A stretch of DNA of 32,000 bases from an uncultured archaeon (lineage in GTDB: Archaea > Asgardarchaeota > Thorarchaeia > Thorarchaeales > Thorarchaeaceae), in NCBI GenBank assembly GCA_964354495.1, contig CAYHAA010000001.1, positions 585,010 to 617,009 on the forward strand. Direction: 5' to 3'. This document shows positions 26,909 through 32,000 of the stretch, piece by piece. Under the pieces are notes generated by a model. It was not told the DNA's origin. It saw nothing but the letters and a program-made list of their open reading frames with translations, and did not search any database. The stretch's first letter is position 1, and each line of letters begins with the position of its first letter. The translations under genes were made by a program, and so were the position numbers.

Positions 26909-27661
26909 GATGCCAAGTTCGTCTACGTTCTCCCACATGGAGGTCCGCTGATTTGCCTGAACCAATGAGGCGAACAATGCAAGCCAGACATTGCTGAGCA
27001 TCGAGGGACTGCAGTTGCAGAGATCCGAGAGGTCTCGTTGAGATATCTGAATTCGACGTTTGCCATCGAGAGTACAAATAGCTGAATAGACAGCTGCACC
27101 TGCTACTAGGATGGGATCATACTCCTCCGCCTTCGTAGAGTCCATTCTCCCGAATAGCTGACAGACCTGTTCTCGAATCTGATTGACATATGTTTCCACA
27201 TCTTCGGTCATCTCAACTACGGCCCGTGTGATACTTGCAAGAACTGCATCCACTGCTTCTCTGTAGTCGCTGTATTCGTTGCCATAGACCGAATTCAAAC
27301 AGCCCTTCCTTAGCGTAGCTCTGTTGTTGAAAAGCTGATTCCAAGCGGCGTTGATACTGCATGTTGATAGTCGGAAGGTTTCTCTCATCAGTGAGAGCCG
27401 GCATCTCACATGCGTTCTGCTCTCGTATTCAAGAAACGCATCATATAGTGCTGCTGCTGTAAGTATCTCTGGCATCCTCTTGCTGGTCGTCTTTCTTCTC
27501 AGCCCATGTACAAGCTGTTCTGCATGTTCCTCGACAAGAGGTATCCAAGCGCTCATTCTCTCTCGCTCGGTTTCATTTAGTTTCTCAATGAGAACTGCAA
27601 TCATGTCTGCTACTAGGTTCTTCTCGTGGGGGAACTGAACGCATATCGCTGTCGATGCCAT
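26876..27661 (-). CDS. Tandem cyclin-fold (TFIIB core-like) protein lacking the Zn ribbon
   Basis: Two repeats, PEILTAAALY and PILVAGAAVY, the second followed by ISQRDLSDLCNCSPSMLSN. AGGAGT precedes the ATG. Confidence 0.65.
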   Translation of the reverse strand: MASTAICVQFPHEKNLVADMIAVLIEKLNETERERMSAWIPLVEEHAEQLVHGLRRKTTSKRMPEILTAAALYDAFLEYESRTHVRCRLSLMRETFRLSTCSINAAWNQLFNNRATLRKGCLNSVYGNEYSDYREAVDAVLASITRAVVEMTEDVETYVNQIREQVCQLFGRMDSTKAEEYDPILVAGAAVYSAICTLDGKRRIQISQRDLSDLCNCSPSMLSNVWLALFASLVQANQRTSMWENVDELGISGKTLSSSED

Positions 27662-27866
27662 TGTAGTCTATACTCCTACTGTAGTGTGTGCAGTATCTAT
27701 AATGTACATTGTGCTGATCTCCATTACAGCCTCTTAATGCCATTTCGATGGCTATAGCAGTTATGATGCCCCTAAACAACCAAATTACCGATTTGCGGCT
27801 TGTTATTCATTCTGATAGACCTATGAACTTGTATCCGACTGGCTGAAGTGCTCAAACTGCAATTCC

Positions 27867-28670
27867 CTACGGCATCAATAGGGCAAGGATAATGACTATG
27901 GAGTTGTTGAATCCATGAGCCACGGTTGGTCCTAGTATTGAGTAGTTTCTTCTCTGCGCAAGGTACCCAAGAAACAGGCCAAGCACGAACCTTGTTGGTA
28001 ACCCAATAGGATCAAGATGAACAACTGCAAAGATGAAACTGGTGATGACAAGCGCAATAGGCCTGAAATTCTTGGACTGCTTGGTTCGATAGATGATTTC
28101 CAATCGTCTCTGTAAGAACCCTCTGAACATGAGTTCCTCTGTGAAACCAACAAGCACGAACATTGCGAAAACCCAAGATGCTAGCCAGATATAGAAACTC
28201 ATACCGCTAGCCGGAAAGAAGATATTCACGTCGCCCCCTGAGCCGGGTACTACTATCTCAATGATCCATGAGATGAGCAGGTTTGCGCCAAGCATCAATA
28301 CGCCAAATATGAGACCCAGTCCTATATCTGGGATAGATGTCATATTCTTGATACCAAGCGACTTGATGCTGATGCCCTGCTTCTTGACATACCAAAGAGG
28401 CGGAACAACGAATCCGATTTCTGCCGCAGTAAGGATGAGTAACGCCCACGGGTCTGTCAGGACACCATACCATCCAATGATCAAAATCATTGGAATCATA
28501 ATGATGATCTCAGTAATGAACATCAGGAGCCATCCAGCAAGTACAACGAGTAGGATGCTTGTGAGTCTGGAAGGTTCTATGCTGCGTTCAATAAATGCGC
28601 CTGGCTCGAAAATGCCTATCCCCTGTTCTTTGTCCTCTTCCTCAATAATATCTGGATCATCAATGACCAA
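27867..28670 (-). CDS. CPBP (Abi/CAAX, Rce1-like) intramembrane metalloprotease
   Basis: EELMFRG, FAVVH and HGFNN motifs; multi-TM protein. Confidence 0.92.
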   Translation of the reverse strand: MVIDDPDIIEEEDKEQGIGIFEPGAFIERSIEPSRLTSILLVVLAGWLLMFITEIIIMIPMILIIGWYGVLTDPWALLILTAAEIGFVVPPLWYVKKQGISIKSLGIKNMTSIPDIGLGLIFGVLMLGANLLISWIIEIVVPGSGGDVNIFFPASGMSFYIWLASWVFAMFVLVGFTEELMFRGFLQRRLEIIYRTKQSKNFRPIALVITSFIFAVVHLDPIGLPTRFVLGLFLGYLAQRRNYSILGPTVAHGFNNSIVIILALLMP

Positions 28671-28810
28671 TTACGCAACCTCCTCATGACAACTTTGGGT
28701 GTAGAATTAAGTATTTGGATTCTCTAGCTGGCATCTTGCGTATTCCGCGTAGCCTTTATTTGATTGAGTGTTGAGTGCGTTAACCGATTTCAAGCCTTCT
28801 GGCGATTTGG

Positions 28811-30823
28811 ATGATTGTTAGCATGGATGATGACAGCGTTGAACCGACCCGGCAGAGAGGTACTGCAATACTAGTCATCACGATTATCACTATTGCCAGT
28901 TCGCTGGTCATCCAATATATTCCTCGAATGTATGCAGAACCGGGTCTGGATGTAAGGGTCGCCATCGTTGATTCCGGAATCAATGTAGACACCGAGTTAC
29001 GACCGCGAGTCCTAGCTGAACGGAGCTTTGTCAATACATCTTTTGGCTATTTAAGTTCAGACAACTCAACCAGCGATAGTTACCCCTCTGGTAGTCTTCA
29101 TGGAACCTATGTTGCGAAAATCATAGCTCAGGAAGCGCCCAATGCCGGTATCGTGAATGCAAAGGTTGTTGGCTCAAATGATTACGCAACTGCGTCTGGA
29201 ATCGTTGAAGCTATCAGATGGTCAGTTCTTGAAGAGAATTGCAGCGTTATCAACCTCAGTCTTGGGATGGATGTCATCAGTGGTGATATTGTTGGAGACG
29301 CGGTGCAGTGGGCGTTTTGGCATGGGGTCTGTGTGGTCGCTGCTGCGGGAAACAATGGACAGGGAGGTATCAGTGGCAGCTCGATTGAATCGCCCGCTGT
29401 GTATCCTGAGGTCATCGCTGTTGCTGGCATCGACGATTCTCTTGTTCCCTACTCGTTCTCTGGGAGAGGCCCCCTTCGAGACAGGATCATGAAACCTGAT
29501 ATCGCAGCAAGGGGCTACTACAATGAAAATGGAGGCACGAAGTTCGGCACAAGTTTTGCCGCCCCGATTGTAAGTGCGGGGGCTGCTGTCATGATCGAGC
29601 ATTGCCTTCAAAATGATTGGACATGGACTCCTGGAATGATCAAAGCAGCAATCCTCGCAAGTGCATCGGAGCTTACTTCAGAGAATTGGGAAGTGGGAGT
29701 TGGTAGATTTGATCTTGCGACAGCATTGGTCTATATTGACAATGCACAGAAGGATGATGGTCTACCACTCATAGGGGCAGTTACCCCAATCGAAGGTCCT
29801 TTTTCCTTTGAATATTGGTTCGTCAATCACTCTGTGTTCATACCTGTGTCTGTGTTCTCTAGCAGAAACGTAACATTCAGTCTAGCCTACACTGGAGATG
29901 CTTCGCAATGGCTTCATGGACCATCATCGGTCACTATCAATCAGACAGGCTCTATGACACTGGAGCTCTGTGTTATTTCGTCTGGTGCTCTAGAAGACCT
30001 GGAAGCCTCTATTGTATTCATTGCGGAAGGATACTTGAACCTAAAGACTTCTCTAGAGTTCGATGTGGATCTTCCGTACAAAGAGATAGCATTCGATTTC
30101 AGTACGACTCCTTGGGCAATTGACTCCATCTACGGACAGTTCAGAGAATTAGCTGTGGAGCTAGGTGCAATCGGTTTCTCAATCGATGAACTTCGAAGTC
30201 TAGATGAAATCAATATTGCATCATTGAATCGATATGATGCAGTCTTTGTCTTTGACCCATGCGCATGGGACTATATCATCGAAAATAATTCTGCATCCAA
30301 GGTTTCACGATATTCCTATACACCCACAAAAATCAACTCGTATGTTCAATACTGGGAACAAGGTGGCAGTCTATTCCTGGTGGGGTTCTCGAACTCGAGC
30401 ATCGATCTTGAGAGTGCGAATAGTCTTTTTGCAGCATTCAACGTCACACTCAACTATGACAGAATTCCAGTGATAACAATCATCGTCAATGGAGTGGTAT
30501 CAACAACTGAAATCGTGAAAATGATAGACCATCCAATCACCGAATCCGTCGATTCCTTCGACTACAATGGATGTTCTCTAAATCATACGGGAGATGTCTT
30601 CGAGATTGCATGGACAGAAGTGTCATGGTTGGATGAAAACGACACAATACACATTGATAATCGGACAGTGCTTGCCGGTCTCGAGGGGCTGGCAGGCGGG
30701 CGTGTCTTGGCCACAGGAAGCAACTTCTTCCTCGATAACTGGGCAATTAGAGACCTGTATCTCTCAAGTCAAAACCACGAACTTGTTCTGAAGGCTCTCC
30801 TCTGGCTGGTTCACGAAGTCTGA
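28811..30823 (+). CDS. Membrane-anchored S8 subtilase with Ig-like linker and C-terminal GATase/DUF4350-like domain
   Basis: IVDSG (Asp), HGTYVA (His), AAGN and GTSFAAP (Ser); N-terminal TM helix; C-terminal GGSLFLVG ... GGRVLATGS ... NHELVLKALLWL. Confidence 0.85.
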   Translation: MIVSMDDDSVEPTRQRGTAILVITIITIASSLVIQYIPRMYAEPGLDVRVAIVDSGINVDTELRPRVLAERSFVNTSFGYLSSDNSTSDSYPSGSLHGTYVAKIIAQEAPNAGIVNAKVVGSNDYATASGIVEAIRWSVLEENCSVINLSLGMDVISGDIVGDAVQWAFWHGVCVVAAAGNNGQGGISGSSIESPAVYPEVIAVAGIDDSLVPYSFSGRGPLRDRIMKPDIAARGYYNENGGTKFGTSFAAPIVSAGAAVMIEHCLQNDWTWTPGMIKAAILASASELTSENWEVGVGRFDLATALVYIDNAQKDDGLPLIGAVTPIEGPFSFEYWFVNHSVFIPVSVFSSRNVTFSLAYTGDASQWLHGPSSVTINQTGSMTLELCVISSGALEDLEASIVFIAEGYLNLKTSLEFDVDLPYKEIAFDFSTTPWAIDSIYGQFRELAVELGAIGFSIDELRSLDEINIASLNRYDAVFVFDPCAWDYIIENNSASKVSRYSYTPTKINSYVQYWEQGGSLFLVGFSNSSIDLESANSLFAAFNVTLNYDRIPVITIIVNGVVSTTEIVKMIDHPITESVDSFDYNGCSLNHTGDVFEIAWTEVSWLDENDTIHIDNRTVLAGLEGLAGGRVLATGSNFFLDNWAIRDLYLSSQNHELVLKALLWLVHEV

Positions 30824-30825
30824 CG

Positions 30826-31218
30826 CTAAAGGAGTGGCGCTATTTTCTCTGTAGCTGTTGTTGCAGCATATACGAGAAGTCCTGTCTTGACCCCCTTGCT
30901 CGCAGCGAGAACTAGAATCGCTTTTTCTCCAGCGCTCTTCATGATCACTAGTCCTTTCTCATTGGTCATTAAAATCTCTTCCAATGCTCCCTGGTCCAGT
31001 CTCTCAGCTGCCATGTCTGCAACACCAAGAATGGATGCTGCCATTGCTGCAATCTCTGCTTCTTCAAGACCATGTGGCACTGCGCTTGATATGGGAAGAC
31101 CTTCTCTGGAAAGCAACATCCAAGCTCGAATTCCAGAGGCTAATGCAGTAGACTCTTCCATAATCAGTCTGAGTTTCTCCTGAAACTCTTCCAAGCCGGA
31201 ATCTAACATAGTGCCCAC
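30826..31218 (-). CDS. Roadblock/LC7 domain protein
   Basis: LLSREGLPISS, IAAMAASIL, LDQGALEEILM and ILVLAA pattern. Confidence 0.9.
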   Translation of the reverse strand: MGTMLDSGLEEFQEKLRLIMEESTALASGIRAWMLLSREGLPISSAVPHGLEEAEIAAMAASILGVADMAAERLDQGALEEILMTNEKGLVIMKSAGEKAILVLAASKGVKTGLLVYAATTATEKIAPLL

Positions 31219-31352
31219 TCTACTCTCTCTCTATGAGCTACGAGAGACTTAGAAGTGCCAATTAATAAAGTTTGCATGACTATTGTAACTATTATGTCAG
31301 AAATGAGGTCTACTCTGCTTCGGTTCGCTGCTTGAAAGAGGTGATTCATTCA

Positions 31353-31988
31353 TTGGGTCTAATTCGCAAGATTGAGCCTACATCAGGAGATGATTCTACT
31401 ATCGGGTGGAAATCAGGAGTCAGGATCCTTGGCATCGCTGAGAGCTTCAAGAAGAGCCAACTCACAAGCCTTGTTGCAGGAGTCGTGATGCGAGGCGATT
31501 TTCGGATTGATGGATTCGGCATCTGCCAGCCCACGATTGGAGGCACTGACTCCACTGCGTCATTGCTACAACTCTTTCGAAGACTGAAGAGGCATGACAT
31601 TCGAGCATGGATGCTCGGCGGCAGTCTGATCTCATGGTTCAATGTAGTCGACATCGTTGAACTCTATGTGGCAACCGGAGTACCTGTTGTCTGTGTGACC
31701 TATCATCCTTCAGAAGGCATCGAGAAATACCTGAAAGAGTACTTTCCGGATGATTGGCAATCGAGACTCGCGACTCTCGCTAAAGGTGGCGCTCGGACTC
31801 CTATACAACTGGAAACAGGTCATTCAGCCTTTCTTACGACTGCCGGAGTCGGAATAGAAAGAGCAAAGCGGCTCTTGGATAGGTTCACCCTCGATGGGAG
31901 GATTCCTGAACCCGTCCGAGTGGCACGTCTGGCGGCTGCCGGTCTATATCGAGACATGTTTCACAGCACAATCGAAGGCGAGCTCTAG
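31353..31988 (+). CDS. DUF99 family (endonuclease V-like / endonuclease dU) protein
   Basis: RILGIAESF, GVVMRGD..IDG, GGTDST, FNVVD and IPEPVRVARL motifs. Likely TTG start at 31353 after GAGGTG; the ORF track start is 31272. Confidence 0.85.
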   Translation: MGLIRKIEPTSGDDSTIGWKSGVRILGIAESFKKSQLTSLVAGVVMRGDFRIDGFGICQPTIGGTDSTASLLQLFRRLKRHDIRAWMLGGSLISWFNVVDIVELYVATGVPVVCVTYHPSEGIEKYLKEYFPDDWQSRLATLAKGGARTPIQLETGHSAFLTTAGVGIERAKRLLDRFTLDGRIPEPVRVARLAAAGLYRDMFHSTIEGEL

Positions 31989-32000
31989 TAGTGACCTCAT

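Noticed and set aside
26876-27661. Calling this gene tfb
   Set aside because: It has no Zn ribbon or B-reader and lacks canonical TFB motifs such as GRS/GK.P; only the fold resemblance is supported.
355-31654. Many short antisense or alternate-frame ORFs in the track (e.g. 355-714, 3337-3903, 4377-5105, 10275-10709, 14174-14749, 22643-23108, 28261-28689, 31346-31654)
   Set aside because: They overlap well-supported genes, have no family motifs and look like shadow ORFs.
1-32000. Selenoprotein TGA read-through, frameshifted pseudogenes, tRNA/rRNA, CRISPR arrays, IS elements or integrases
   Set aside because: All recognisable genes appear full length, and I saw no cloverleaf, repeat-spacer array, terminal inverted repeats or transposase by eye. 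tRNAscan, Infernal and CRISPR finders were not run.

Overview
Archaeal chromosomal window with about 30 densely packed genes. It contains ribosomal protein eS26, a SAMP/MoaD-like protein, a tungsten AOR-family enzyme, a Roadblock/LC7 protein, a DUF99 nuclease and a TFIIB/cyclin-fold protein. This mix suggests an Asgard archaeon (Thorarchaeia-like), which is an inference, not a database result. About 1-20 kb is a catabolic region: V4R/ATC-hydrolase-like fragment, RraA-like protein, UroD/MtaA-family protein, FAD oxidoreductase plus CCG Fe-S partner, APC permease, two DUF917 paralogs flanking a divergent metallophosphoesterase / nucleotidyltransferase-like pair, hydantoin-racemase-like protein, MFS transporter, LLM/F420 oxidoreductase and AOR with its ferredoxin subunit. 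About 20-32 kb is mixed housekeeping: DUF2085, DegT aminotransferase, HAD phosphatase, AlkA, ABC-2 permease, CPBP protease, S8 protease, Roadblock, DUF99. The strongest leads are the DUF917/NTase/phosphoesterase/racemase module, a signal-less gingipain (C25)-like peptidase, a prodomain-less membrane subtilase with site-1-protease-like architecture, a Zn-ribbon-less cyclin-fold protein, a catalytically degenerate HARE-HTH/Mrr protein and a candidate box C/D sRNA. I recognised no tRNA, rRNA, CRISPR array or IS element.
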